Of a DNA stretch of 64,000 nucleotides, positions 1-13,592 are shown in pieces. The stretch's first letter is position 1. Each line of letters starts with the position of its first letter. Under the pieces are notes generated by a model, which had not been told where the DNA came from, did not search any database, and was given only the letters and a program-made list of their open reading frames with translations. The position numbers and the translations under genes were made by a program. This stretch comes from Takakia lepidozioides (taxonomy: Eukaryota > Plantae > Bryophyta): contig CM060731.1 of the NCBI GenBank assembly GCA_030704615.1, positions 4,526,001 through 4,590,000 of the forward strand, given 5' to 3'.

Positions 1-79
1 ATTTGCACTGCTTCCTCCTAGATTAAGGCCAAACTCAAGGATGAAAATGATATGTATCTACAAGAGTAGGATTGTAGAT

Positions 80-3000
80 TCAAATCTTCTTAAATTTGGA
101 CACACCCAGAATTGCAGCTGCAACTGACTGCAAGGGGGTATAGCCAGCCACTAAAATGGGCCCAGAAGTATGAATAGCCCATGCATAGACTACTACTGTG
201 AGTATCGAAATGGTGAAACCCTGCAACAGTAAAGATGTACACATTACACTTATGTATTGCAGCCTTTCATTACAGACCTCACATCATGCAGACCAAAGGC
301 AACTGCCTCCGTGGAATGCTTGCCCTCTTAGTAGGACTCGTGTCTAGAAAAGGGACAGAAAAAAGAGAGAGAAAAATAACAGCAAACAATCACCTACATA
401 GCATCTGCTCCATCCATACATTCAAGACCATGCTGTTACACATTGATAATGTCTTTTAATCCGTGACCCCTAAACCCTAAAGTTATTTAGTTATTTCTTT
501 TCTTTAAGTTCTTTGTTTTCTTCGTTTTCTTTTATTTCTCAGGTGTTTAGGGTTAAAGGCCTACCGCATACATGATGGTGAAAAGCTCTGCCTTGTCAGT
601 CACCAACCATTTAGAATGATCCTTCACACAGATCAATGCGGTCACTGTATAGAACGTTCCACCAATGGTAACCACAGAAGCTGCCTGTGTGATTGGAGCT
701 GGATATCTAGCCAAGGTACCCACCTGCATTGTCAAAGGTTCACGCAGATATCAGCAGACACGAAGGTTCGAGTATTCTACAGTTGGACTTGCCTTATTCT
801 GCCGTCCATCATGGTTGACAAATGAGTTTGCAGTGAGGTGTTTTCTCCATTTCTATGTGCTTTTCTCTTGCTACCCCTCATGACTCTGTTGTCTGGAGAG
901 TGAGTGCAGGTTTCTATAGCAATAAGACTCAGATGACAAGTATCTCAAAGCTCTCGGGTCTCTGTCTCTTCACACCTTAAATGGAAGTTACACATAAAAC
1001 TTCCCTGAACTTGTTTCCTGTGACAGGGCAAGGACCTTGAGGATGATCTCAAGGGCCATCTATCCTTGGCACTAGAACGAAATTTAAACTCGGGGGCGGG
1101 AATCCTCCCTTTCAACAAGAAACAGATGCAGAGAGGAAGATGATATTGTAATTGCCCAGTGTCTGGGCAGCTTGAAGACAAAATCCATTTTCTGATACAT
1201 GGCCTGGGATATTCTCACCAGAGTGTGACCCTCTTCAGGACCATCAAGAACATTGTCCCCGACCTCTGTTCATCAACTTTGAAAATCATGAGGCTGAGCC
1301 TAAAGCCCTGGCCCTGTTGGGATCTAATTGCTGGGCAGCTCACACACAGCAAGTTGGTGCTTGTGTGAAGGGCTTTCTAGAGGATCTGGGAAACCCTAAT
1401 TGTCTTTATCAAGGCAAGTCACACTACTGGAGTGAGCCCCTCACAAAGATAGTATCGGTTCCCTTTTGTTCCGCCCAAACTGGGCACCGGGTCAATATGG
1501 AGGGTCCTTCAACAGCAGCTCTCAACTCCTTGTGAAGTGTGAGCATGTATGTGGACAAAATATATGGCAAGTGTGACACCTATAACTAGTTCCCACAGCA
1601 TCCTCAGGTTGAACAGGATCCACTATCCCGAGATTTCTGGAGTCGATGGTAACAACGCACTCAGTTAGTACATGTATATTGATATATACTGCCAGGCACA
1701 AGCAATTGCTGATGAGACTGCTCCCAACTGGAATCGGTCGATCCCAAACCCTAGTGCCCCAGTCAATGGTTGCAGTAAGGTTAGGTCTACAGGTAGAGAC
1801 AATGTCGAGCCGAGCCCTCCCTCCACTATAATGGGACCCTTGTACAGAGTCATGAGTGAAGCCCCAGCCACACACAAAAATATCCCAAGAACTTTGGCCT
1901 GCCCATCATGCCGTTTTATGCGTATCTGCTCCAATCTGCAGTTGCAGAAATGCAACATTAAAAGTTACCTCTATAATCTCCACTGACCCCTTACAGGGCT
2001 TAGGCACATCTCCCTGGTGTTACCAACATTCTAGTATAGGACCTCCAAGCTTTTGATCACAACAATTCTGACTTTCAAGCAATCTGAACTTCTACAAGTG
2101 CAAGCTGGTTGGTTTGATGTCAGCTAAAGCTCTACCTGTAGTACTATTACTCTCCTATTGGTCCCGGAGGAAAGCAGAAGACAAGTCAGTAAGCCTCAGG
2201 AAATCATACTTGAATATAGCAGCAATTACAAGAGTGAAAACTGGTACTGAATTTTGCATAGCTGCAGTAAATGTCGCATTTGTCAGCACTAGACCCGTAT
2301 AAAAGAGCACCTGCTGCAAATATGTCCTGAGAACACCACAAAAAAAAAACATTTTTTAATATGTGAGAAACAGAAGACCAGCATAACTTCGGTACCTTGC
2401 TACTGTTTCATGTTGTATCTTTCACTTAAAGAGCGACAATGGTACTTTAACTGACCCAATCCCTTGGACTACCAGAAGCTGAACCCAGTTGATAAGGCAA
2501 TGCCCACGCCTCAGAGCTTATCTCGAGAACCACAGTTGCAACAGAGCCCCGACTAGTGTTTGGAACTTGCACTCCTTGACTGACAAATTAAGAAAGTATG
2601 CCTCCCTCTAGGCTCTTCACAAGAGCAGTTTGTCAGGTAATGTTTGGCATGTACTCAATTGGAAAAACCTTCAGGTGGTGGAACTTACCCAAGAAATCCC
2701 AGAGCAAGATATCTAGCAAAGACAGGCAGAGTGAAGTTCAATGTTGCCCGTTTTCGTCTGCAGCATATACCACAAGAAAGTATCTCAAAAATTGTGAGGA
2801 AAGCCACTGCCCCTATCCTCAACATCACCGAACACATCTGGAGTCGATTGAAATTTAGAGAGGAGGTCTTCAGCTTATCCTCTACCTCAAGTTGCCCTGC
2901 GCCACAAAAAGATTAAGTCCTTCAGGGTATCAAAATCCTTTGATGAGGTACAAGCCTACCTTATTTGACTGTCACAGAAAGGTGCTTTACAAAGGGTACA

Positions 3001-3418
3001 CCACAAGCATTGAACAGTTACAATTGCACACTGTCTCAAAGTCTGAGAAGCTTTACAGGGAGGAGAAGAGGGGAAATAAAAAATGGGGCCTAATTCTACT
3101 GAGGAGAGCTTGCTCCAGTACTGAAACTCAGAGTTAAAAACGAAGTCTGTGTTTCTGACATCCGGTCAATAGAAAAACCATTAAGAAAACGTGGCTGTCC
3201 ATTGTTTCCTCAACAGCTTGTTATACGTGTAAGAGAACTGAAGGTTGTGCCGCTTGCCTCTCGCCAAAGAACGCATATGGGATTAGCAGGCACAGTCCAA
3301 ATACATCCCTGTACACCGCGAACACAAATTGGTTGACCCCGGCAGTGAGAGCTGCCTTGGCTAGAACAACGTAACTTCCAATGCCCACCTCGACCACAAA
3401 CAGGGCCAGGTGTACCAT
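80..3418 (-). pseudogene. WAT1-related / UMAMIT (nodulin MtN21, EamA) transporter, probably disrupted
   Basis: Exons 3418-3258, 2757-2689, 2326-2210, 1935-1672, 723-565 and 220-80 join in phase and give family motifs (ALTAGVNQFVFAVYRD, AAMQNSVPVFT, AKVLGIFLCVAGA..TLYKGP, YPAP, GPILVAGYTPLQ). Frameshift near 1706 (QLGAV / LISNCLCLAVY in different frames). The last visible exon stops early (ILGVSKFKKI*). Confidence 0.85.
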
Positions 3419-4712
3419 CCTGTTGGTTCCATTCGATACCAATTCCTTCCCCTGTCAGAACCCAAATACTTTCTGTATGATGACCAGATCTTCTACTGGT
3501 GACTTGATTCTCGAACCATAAATCATACCAGTCTGAGTGATTCCGTAACAGTGAATACTCTTTGGGTCATAGCTCATTGCCATCGCACTTTCAAGTGGTG
3601 AAACATCACATTCAGTAATGTTGACTATTGAAAAATGATCTATCAGGATTCAGATGGCCTGGTCGACATGATAGAGATCAGCTACAATTCCAGATTCTCT
3701 CGCACTTTGGGCCGACCTTTGATGCTCCCAGGTGAGTAGTTGGTTTGTTCTACCTTGCCCCACGGACCGTCATGCATGGGCCTCTGTGGAAGTTACTAAT
3801 TTTGTTTCTTTCTCCCTCTGACATTGATTACTTTCTTCTTCGTCTCCCTGGAAAATAACCAATTGTTTAGAGGAAGGCAAGAGAGAGAGATATACAGACC
3901 CGTCCCTCATGGCGACAACGACCTCGGATCTGGCCGTAAGAGTCTAAGAGATTCCACCAAACGTTTCAGAACATGCTTTTCTAGCAGGAATCAGCCTTTA
4001 AATGTTGTAGAAGCACTAGATTTGTACAATGTCGAATATTGGAGAGACTACGGTGCTTTATTGTAGCCAAGAATTTTAGACGAGATAGTGGCAGCTCCCA
4101 AAGATGTAGAAAGAGAACTCGACTAGGAGGAAGAAGAACAACAAGGGTGACTGAGGATGATGTGCTGCTCTTTAAAATTAGGCCCAAGCCTGTTTGTTTG
4201 CAAAGAGAGACCTGTAAGTGCGCAGGTGAGTTGCTTTTTCACTGTTTGACAATACAGCTTTGCAATCAATGAGCTTGACGAATCCAAGACAAAGAAAACC
4301 CAGACCGCGGGTGGACGACCTGGGATCAAAGAAGACGGACAAGTGGTGCCATTACAACCAATATTTACACCGATCTATTTTTGCTTTGTCTGAGAGATGG
4401 GCCCACGCTATGTGCTCCACGTCTTCAAATGACAAAAGCCCAGAAGCCCCTGATTGGGATTCGGGAAGAAGAGGAGTGATTGGGGGCCTCGCTCCCAGTC
4501 GAAGGACCCTTCCCTTAGCGCCGTGGTTGCTCAACCCTATTACACAGCTGGGTGAGTCCTCAGTCCTCGGCTCCTGAAACGAGCAGAAAAAAAAGTATAG
4601 TGTGAATGGCATTCCTGAAGGCGCCATCGTCACCATACTCAGGTGAGCGATGATGAGCGACGTGCCTAACTTGGCAAGGCGTGCAGCGCCGCCAAGATAG
4701 TGGAGGTGTTGG

Positions 4713-5220
4713 GCTCAGAATTTTGTGTATGGCCTCGTCGTAATGAGGCTGGTCAGATGATGGGGCCCGCCGTCTCATTAATATAGGAGCAAACTACCTT
4801 CATGCAGGACTTAGAATTTTTTTGACATATGAAATTTACAACTACCTCCATGCAGGTAGTTTTAGGATTTTCTACGTGAAGGTAGTTGCAAAACCAAGCT
4901 GAACTCCCTGCATGAGAGTAGTTACATACTGCCTCTGTGGAGGTGCCAACCACGTTCGAGGAATGGAACCCGAGGCTAGCTTTGCTACATCGAAGGCAAC
5001 CAAACACCAAACCACAACTTCCACCATGCCAATTGGTTGTCATTTTTTTCATATATAAGAGAAACTGGGCAATAGGGATCTTTTTAATGTAGTGGGGCCC
5101 GCTGTCAGGTCCCTGCCCATATAACACATATAGATATTTAAACATCATAACAGATATAAAATGAAAGCTCCAAAACCCCGTGTGGCCTCATTATGACGAG
5201 GCCACACAAAATTCAGAGGT
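4713..5220. mobile_element. Non-autonomous Mutator-like MITE (about 0.5 kb)
   Basis: About 35-bp TIRs (CTCAGAATTTTGTGTATGGCCTCGTCGTAATGAGGC at 4714; near-perfect reverse complement at about 5185-5218), flanked by a 10-bp direct repeat GAGGTGTTGG (4703-4712, 5221-5230). Confidence 0.85.
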
Positions 5221-6429
5221 GAGGTGTTGGCAGCAGCGCAAAGCGAGCAAGCGGACGTTGTGCAACAGTGGGCCACGCAGGTCAGGCGGCCTCGATCGGC
5301 TCGTCCTCAACTCGTTCAGCTTTGATGTTGTATAGACAACGAGCTCCAGCCCTCACCACAACCCCTTTACTGCCTACTCCACCACCCATGTCAGTTGGCT
5401 CCCCAAAGCAACGAGAGGTGCTGAACACCAAGGCCAACATACTCCTACCCCCATATCACATTTTCCTACTGCGCACCAGAGTCCAAGCTCAAGACAAATT
5501 CAAGAATATTCGTCCTCTTCACAATAGTCTTCTCCACAGCGGATTCCAGGTTCTTCCACTGGCGCCCCACCGACTGAAGAACTTCCACCGTGTGTGTTGA
5601 GCCCTCCCCCACTGCGCCTCTCAGGTAAGGTTCGAGGTCCCACGTCGGTCATTTCTCCCTAGGTTCTCCATCCCATTTTCGGCAGTTTCAAGGCATCCCA
5701 ACACCTCTTGGTCATGAGCCTCTTCACGTGTCTTCTTCTCCAGTTGTGCAGCCTGCATTGACGACCCCATCACCCTTCTCCCAACAGCAGGCGCCTATCC
5801 CTGCAGACCGTACCCCGTGCCCAGCTTGTGGTCGTCTTTTTGCGCGCATCAGAAGGCTTGCGCGACATCAACGCACGTGTGCGGCTCTTCATCAGTCCCA
5901 CACATATGATATTTCTCCATTTCAGCCCACTGTCTTGCACACGCCACCTCCTGCCTCTGCATGGCATTGGCTTTGAGCTCTAGATGTACTGGGCGCATTT
6001 CAGCTAGGACTACCAAGGCATCGTCTTTATACAAGAATTCCGATGGCACTCCGTCATGAGGTCCAACTGGCGCTCCATCTGCCCTTAGACAGGCTGGCTC
6101 GTGATTCTGCTGATATACCAACATGGTATATTTTCTTGTTATTTTCTCAGTGGTGTTTGGTTTTGCCCCCTCGCGGCGGTCAGTCAGGGCACAGAGAGAC
6201 AGACATCCGTCTTCGACATTTCTTATCTGGAGATTGGGAGAGTCTGCAAGATGAGCATCAATTACGAGCACTAGCTCTTGCGGCACACGCCCCTCCAGCT
6301 TCTTCCACGCAGCCACTCTTATCGGCCCACATGCGACTTCGTCATAGTCTCATGTTACGCCGCGTTGGCGAGTACTCACGCGTGGCCAGGGCTTTGGCAC
6401 CTTTCACACCAGCGCCTCCATCAGCGGAT
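5221..6429 (+). mobile_element. CRE-clade non-LTR retrotransposon copy 1, 5' part (Pro-rich region plus zinc finger); true start is probably near 4600, upstream of the MITE
   Basis: CPACGRLFARIRRLARHQRTC zinc finger; LRHFLSGDWESL...GEYSRVARALAP pre-RT region; colinear with copy 2 at 50119-51312; internal stops. Confidence 0.75.
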
Positions 6430-7495
6430 CACTACATGAAAAGAGAGGGGGGGGGGGGGGGGGGGGGTTTAGCGACGCCTACCCGCCCGTAGCACCTCTC
6501 CCGTGCGACGCCCCCGCCGCATCCCCATTTTGCGACGCCCTAGCAAAAATTTAAAAAAAAACGTCGCAGCTAGGCTGCGACGTACTAGGGTTGACCCCTG
6601 GTGCGACGCACTGGGCGTCGCAAGGGTGCTTGTCTTTGCGACGTCCAGGGCGTCGCATCAAGCACCTGGGAAAAAAAAACAAAAAAAAACGTCGAATTTT
6701 AATGCGACGCCCTGGATGTCGCATATAAGTTTTTTTTTTAAAAGTCATTTGTAGAAATGACTTGATCATTTTTTTATTTCTGCAGTAGATGGTGCAGGAA
6801 AAGCGACGCCTCTGGCGTTGCTTACATTTGAGCGACGCGAGGAGTGTCGCTTTGAGGTCGCAACGAGCAACGCTCGCATGAACTACCTTATGTACAATTA
6901 AATCATGAGGTTGTGTGTAAGTTCGGTAACTGATATGTTGGTTAGTGTGAAGTGCCTTATTATGTGTATAATCTAGAGGTCTTGAATTCAAATTTGTCTA
7001 ACAATACGTTGAATGAATTTATGAACTCGATATGTGTCGGCTACTTGCAAAAATGTGTACAAAGGTTAGGTTTGATACTATGTGGCAAGTGTGTGTCCCG
7101 CCTTTTTTTGAACCATGTGGATTTTTATTTTTTTTCAAAAATTGAAAATTAAAAAAACCTCAAAAGCGACGCCCAGGGGGTCGCCCCCAAACACCGACCC
7201 CGGAGTGACGCCTTGGGCGTCATATTATAAAGCGTTTTATTATTATTATTTTTTTAATTTTTTTCCCCCCCTCTTGTATGGCGATAGGGACGCCCTGAGC
7301 GTCGCAGTCATTGCGACGCCGATGCAAGTGGGAATTTTCAGGGGGGTTGGATTTGCGACCTCCCTGGTGTCGTTTTAAGTCTGAAATCTGCGACGGCCCC
7401 ATAGCGATGCATCTGCTTTGCAATTTCCGCGGGGCCGGAAATGCGCGATTAGGCGTCGCTGGGGCGTCACTAACCCCCCCTTAAACTGTGTAATG
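6430..7495. mobile_element. Non-autonomous CACTA (En/Spm) element with GCGACGCC subterminal repeats
   Basis: Left end CACTACA..poly-G..TTTAGCGACGCC; right end GGCGTCACTAA-poly-C..TGTAATG (one mismatch to TGTAGTG); many GCGACGCC/GGCGTCGC motifs in both arms. Flanks GAT and TTT do not form a TSD. Confidence 0.75.
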
Positions 7496-9103
7496 TTTAT
7501 GATGATGATGAAGCGTGTGCTTGAACATGAGATGACTGTCTCGACACTACAGCCACCATCGTGCATATGCTTCCACTATTTTTGCTTTCTTGTTGTGCTT
7601 TCGGGAACCTTCGTTTTATGGTTTGGTTCTATGTCATAAATATGGAAAATGCGGACATCTGTCGTCGATAACGTCATCTGTTTGTGATCCGTCATGATAC
7701 GTTTAGCCCCTTCGTACTGCATCCCTCACAGCCTTCACAAGTTTAGTTCGTTAAAGGAACCTATGGGTAACATGGGCGCGAAAATGGCGGAAGCGTATGC
7801 ACATGGGGGCGTGTATTGCAGATTTCGTATCGGACGATGGGACTGTTTATGTGACCAAGTATAGCGGCTTGCATCCGTCGTGCATAAGTTGTGGAAAAGG
7901 GTAGAGAATCTGAAGAAACCCAGCTTTGTGATGGATCCACATGGTATTATATAAGGGATGACAACACAAAAAAGCAATTCGAGTCGTCATAGAACACCAT
8001 CCAATCCTAAGGTTCTCAAACATCCACACGCACCTGTTGAATGCAGATGTCTGAGCCACAACGGGAGTAGGTACAGAATCGGTACATTGTCGCAATTTGC
8101 CAGAAGACGGACCAGGCTGAGACAATTGCATCTGCAAATGCGCGTGGATGTTTGAGGTCTGTTGTGTCGCGAGTCTGTTCACAGTGGGTCCGCTGGCCCG
8201 TCAGTGCTCCGGATATTCCCCTTATTGCGTGCATAACAGTCAGTTTGGAGGCGGTATGCTGGAAGTCCGTCTGTTGGGATATCAGTCTGTCGCACTTGTG
8301 AATTTGTCAGTCTATTGTGTCGGAAGTCTGTTGCACTAAGTCTGTTTGACTTCTTATTTTCCCTCCGGTCAGTCTTTTGGCTTGTTCTCCCGCCAGTCTG
8401 GCGAAACGTCCGTCTGCTGGACAGTTCTCCTCTATGGATATCAGTCTGTTGGACTGTGCATGCATCAGTCTATTGTGCCGCGAGTCTGTTCGCAATGGGT
8501 GTGTTCGACTTTCCTGTTCTCCCCTTACTCTCTTTTGTCTTCATTCCGCTGGCAGGGAAGTGCCTCCAATATGAAGCCGCTTCGCCTCAGCAAAGCGAAT
8601 AGTCCGCTAGACTCTCGGCCCGATGGGAAATGAGTCTGCTGCACGTGCGAGGACCGTGGATGAATTTAGTACGATGCGTTCGTTCGGTGGACGTATTCAA
8701 TGCGATGACGACGGATAGTTGGCGCCTGTGAAATCGCGCCACGTTGGCAGTGCCATGCCCGCTTTCCCCCTTCTACTTCTACTTTCTTATCATGTTCCCT
8801 GTGCGATCGACTCCATTCTCTTCGCGCCCGTTTCTTCGCACTGTTTTGTTTTCCTCTTTGCGTTTCCATCACCGTAACGAAAGAGGGCCGTTCTTCCCCA
8901 GGTGTGGAGAGTCGTGGTGAGCCGCGAAGCGTCGCAAACACGCTCGCCTTCGTAACAACTCGAAGTTCATCAGCTCGGTGAGGTTCTCACTTGCTATGGT
9001 GTTTCCATTCCATTCTGTGTCATCTTCTTGCTTAGGGTGAGTCTTTTCATAGGACTTCTATCTGTCGCTCATTGTCCTTGCACCCTCGTTTCATTCTGCA
9101 GCG

Positions 9104-12100
9104 ATGGAGGATGCTTGTGAAAAGGGTGGAGCGGACTGGGTGGATTTTTTGCACCAAACCAGACTGAAGAAGGAGCGAAGGTACTGGTACTCAGCAGACG
9201 AGTTTGATCATAAAATAGTGGAAGCATTTGTAGACCTCCGCGCCCGGAAGCCCAAAAACTTGAATTAGCAGAAGGACAAGCTCTTCTGTCATTTCTATGA
9301 AGAGGTTATCAAGGACAAAATCCAACTAAATCGGCATTGTGTTGACACGGGTTGCAAGGAGACTGTTGCAATGATTCCACGAGATTTCAAGCCTTGGCCG
9401 ATACTGAAAGAAATGTCGATTGTCAAAGAGGCCACAATGCGCTTGCGCGGATCAGTGCTTGACCCCCGCACTTTGGAATTAGACGAAGTGCGCGCACGGT
9501 ATGGCGTCCATTCTGGTGGCCCGTCAATGGATGATTTGCAAGTGCAGGGAATGCCGGACACTGCCAGAAAACGTAAACTAAGTGATGGGGCCCAAAAAAA
9601 GGAGAGACAAAAAAAACAAAAGGCTGCAAGGTCTGCTCGCGAGGCAAGGGCAAAATCCACGCAACAGACTGAACCCCGTCCTGGGCGGCAAACCCACACC
9701 ATCAGTACTGATACTGAAAGTGAATCTGCTCAGGGCCTGGAAGGGGTGACAAGTCCAGTGGACATTGACTTGCCTGACCAGACTCGGCAGCAGACTCACA
9801 CAAATATCGCGACCCATGCCAGAGATTTAGGGTCAAAACCAAAAACTCAACAAAGCACTGAAGGGTCAGTCTGCCCTGGCACATTGCGCCTCGTTGACTT
9901 TGGGCTTTTCCCACCATAGTGCCCACCAATTGGGGATCCAGACTTCTTCCGTTATTTCTATAGAGTTGCCCAGTCAGGTCTGCTACGCACGTTCATCCGA
10001 CAGGCGGAACAGAACTGGTTGAACAGCTTTGAAGATGAATATGACGATGATGAAGTAGAGGAGGTAATGGTCAGTCTGACTGCCCAGTCTGTTCTCTGTG
10101 CTGTTTGAGTCCATCATCGGGATCACGTTGCATATTCAGTCTGGTCAGTCCGCTGCGTTCTCTCCTCAGTCCGCTGGCTCACTCCGCTCGTCAGTTAGTC
10201 TGTTTTATATCATTGCATTACTTACTGAGTCCGTTTGTCAGTCTGCTGGTCCAGTCCACTGGTACAGTCTACTAGTTGCCTCCACCCTACGTACGCACAT
10301 TACGTCTGTCAGTTTGCTGGTCTGTGAGTCCAGTCCGTTGCATGAGGTGAATATAGAGTCCACGTCTATGTTCCTGACGTCCAAGTTCTCTGCCGTGTAC
10401 CAGGATGAACGTGTTTCTATTCGTAGGGTCATTCAGGCTTGGCGGATACCTAGCAATAATGCTCCTTTACAAGCGACTGCAGTGTGTGCGGAGTGGACCG
10501 CGTGCGAGAGTACATATTATTGAAGTATCCTGGGTCATCTGCTGCTATAGCGGCATTACATATTCAAGACGCGTCGGGGGGGAATGCATCTGGGACAGCC
10601 GAGTCTGCCATCCAACAGACTCCCATTCAGCAGGCCGTCATCCAACAGACTCTCGTTCAGCAGCCTGTCATCCAGCAGACTCCAACGGAGCAGACTCCCA
10701 ACGAGCAGCCTGTCATCCTGCAGACTCCTCTTCAGGAGCCCATCATGCAGCCCATGCCAATGGGAAGTCCTGTCATCCAACAGACTGCGGACCAGCAGAC
10801 TGCCTTTCTCTCACATAGCACGGCACTTTTTGCAGTTTGGCGATCGCCATCACCGGTAATTCGACCCGGAGCTGAAGACCTCACACTTCCCCGACTTAGG
10901 GTGGGAGAAATTAATCCCCATTTGGATTGGCATAATGAGCTCCACCGGACCGCCGGTGGTCATTTGTACCCTTTCATTATTCCATGGAGTTTTCTATTGA
11001 GAAAGCCAACCATGTTGTGGAAGCCGCCTCTGCTATTGCCATTGAAGCCACAAGCGTCCAAAATGCGTCGCCTCTACTTGTGCAGCTGATTCTCATGGAT
11101 GACCCACGGCCTGAAGACCTCAGACATATGCCTATGGCACATCCAACCTTTGGGGTGCAAAGAAAGCACTTGTTCGGATTGACTGAGGAGGACTTTGAGC
11201 ACATGGCAGCTTCCTTCCTACAACACAGATGGATGCAATTTGGCAATTTCCGCTCATACAACAAGTTGATGAAGGATCTGCATAGTTTGAGGATGGACTT
11301 ACTCCATGGAACAGACCATTCACAGAAGTTTGTGGTGGATGACGCATTGCACTGGTTTGCATTGGTGATGGAGCGAGCAGTATTCGACATTGTTTTGCAG
11401 AATCCCAATGTCTTCAAAGTCCTGTGGTGTGGGATCCCAACTGAAGACCGCATCGGCGCCATTGCTCATCTCGATGGAGCATGCCTGTGTCGGCAAATCA
11501 AGGACATTGGCCTCGTCGGAAATCTCTTGGAAGGTAAAATGTTATGGGCAACTTTTGTGTTTCAGCTCAATTTCTTTTGCCAACTTTTTTAGAAGTTTAC
11601 ATTTGCATAAACATGTGTTGCAGGGCCAGTTGATCTGGGAGACAAGCAAGTGCAGACTGCTTTCGACTCTTTTGCCAGAGGTGCAAGGGACCTTGTCCTG
11701 GCTTTACAAGGAGTTCGGGAGACTGTCTAGCAGACTGGCCACAAGAATGTCCAACAACATATTCTCCACGACACATGTGGGCAGACTGCCCAAGTGCTGG
11801 AGACCGAGCATGTGCACCAGACCATCCCGGGTAATAGGCCGGATCACTCCCAGCAGACTGCCCCGCACATACATACTCAGTATATGCAAACAGTACTGAG
11901 CGGGCAACGAACTTTGCAGACTTTGCAGCAGACCGGAGAACAGACCGGCCAACAGACTGCCCCTCAGCCGACTGTGCAGCAAATCTGCGAACATGGCCAC
12001 CAGACTGCCCCTCAGCAGACTGTGCAGCGGACCGACAAATCCAGCCAGCAGATTGCCCCTCAGCAGACTGTGCAGCACACTGGCGAACCCACTCAGCAGA

Positions 12101-13504
12101 TGGCCGAGCAGACTATCCAGGAGACTAACAACCAGTCTGTTCCCTGGATTGTGCAACAGACTCGGATGCACTGGCCTTACCGGGACCCTGTGGACGAATT
12201 TCTGCTGAGTTCCCAACAACATGGTTTTGGATCTGCCAGTATGAGTGTTTTGACCGAGTCCACTTTTCCCCCAGGCACATTCACTGATGACGTCATCAGG
12301 TCACCGGTAAAGCATTCTTATCCAGCTCCCCGTGGCCTGCCTTCTATGACATTCTAGCTTAGTCCCGTTTTCGTGCGCTCAGTGACGAAAGCCATAGATG
12401 AGTCTTACGTGATGACCGAACTCAATCTGGGAACGCAAAACCGTATCATAGATCTTACAGAAGAGTCTGAGGAAGCAATTGCCGGTGGGTCTTCCATACA
12501 TGTTCTTGATGTTTCCCAAGTCCATGGAGATCCGAACACCCAGCCGGCTGTCCACCAGACTGACCAGCACACTGAACGGTCAACACATGGAAGGACTGCC
12601 GAGCAACCTGTGGCGGGGCAGCATACTGTCTTCATTGATGAGCAGACTGAACCGCAGACTAACCAGCAGACTGCACAGGTCACAGATGGAAGGACTGACC
12701 AGGATGGCTCGGAGCGGCAGACTGCACAGCTCAGCTCTGACTGCACAGTTCAGACTGCACGGCCTTACCAGCACACTGCACACTTCATAGAGGGAAGGAC
12801 TGACGACCAACCTGCCACCGAACACACTGCCCACATTGAGGAAGAGACTGAACCGCAGAGTTTCCAACAGACTGCATAGTTCACAGACGAAAGGACTGAC
12901 GAAGAACTGGCAGCCGAGCAGACTGCCCACATTCAGCAACAGACTGAACATGTTGGCAGACACACTGACAAACAACCACATGCGGCGCAAACACCATCTG
13001 GTATAGCACTGGATTACATGGAGTCTGCTCCCTCACCCCTTGGGCAGGTTGTGCCATTTCTTCTTTCAGCACTGTTGTTTATGTTTTAGCACATTGTGAA
13101 ATTGGGCTAATTTGCCATTTTGCTCGGTATCCTCACAGGATGTTCGTCCCTCCGTTGGCAGACTGTCTACTTCTGAGGACATGACATCTTCCGCCCATGC
13201 TGCAAACGTGGGATCGACAACCAAGAAGGTGTGGGGGTGAGCACGCCCCCCGATGCGCTCTGTTGCGAAGTAGGGCGGCAGCGCTGCGTTTGTCTGCTCT
13301 ATCCAGCCCACCTACAGCTGTCCCTGCTTCCCAGGGGAGAGGCAAAGCCAAGAAGCGGATTGTCGTGGACCATGCTGAGGAGGTCGAGGAGGGTCCGAGT
13401 ACCAAGAGACTGGCGAAGAAAAAGTCTGGCGTCTTCATGAACAAGAACCGCAAGCTGGCCTTGGACATGGACAAAGATGTGGGTCGTTTCCTAGAGCAGC
13501 ACAG
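9104..13504 (+). pseudogene. Multi-exon gene of unknown family with Gln/Thr-rich repeats, likely a transposon accessory gene; 3'-truncated
   Basis: ATG at 9104 just after a ctgcag acceptor. The frame continues through in-frame TAG stops (about 9266, 9917, 12877). GT donors at about 10064 and 13505. QQTP(I/L)QQ(A/P)VI and QQTAPQQTVQ repeats; basic NLS-like stretches (RKRKLS, KAKKR). Confidence 0.55.
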
Positions 13505-13592
13505 GTGAGTACTGTGCTCAGTCTCCTTGTCTTTCTTTGTTGTTAAGTGCTTTGCGCTCTGTCTGCTCGTTGGTCAGTCTGCTGCTGGTTTC

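Noticed and set aside
467-556. Telomere-like CCCTAAACCCTAA / TTTAGGGTTA pair
   Set aside because: Only 1-2 units in an intron; not a telomeric array.
7735-8234. Minus-strand ORFs next to the small CACTA
   Set aside because: Short, interrupted and unrecognisable; insufficient evidence for a gene.
6429-13588. Helitron (A|TC ... CTGG|T)
   Set aside because: No subterminal hairpin and no Rep/helicase; this junction would add an extra codon relative to CRE copy 2.
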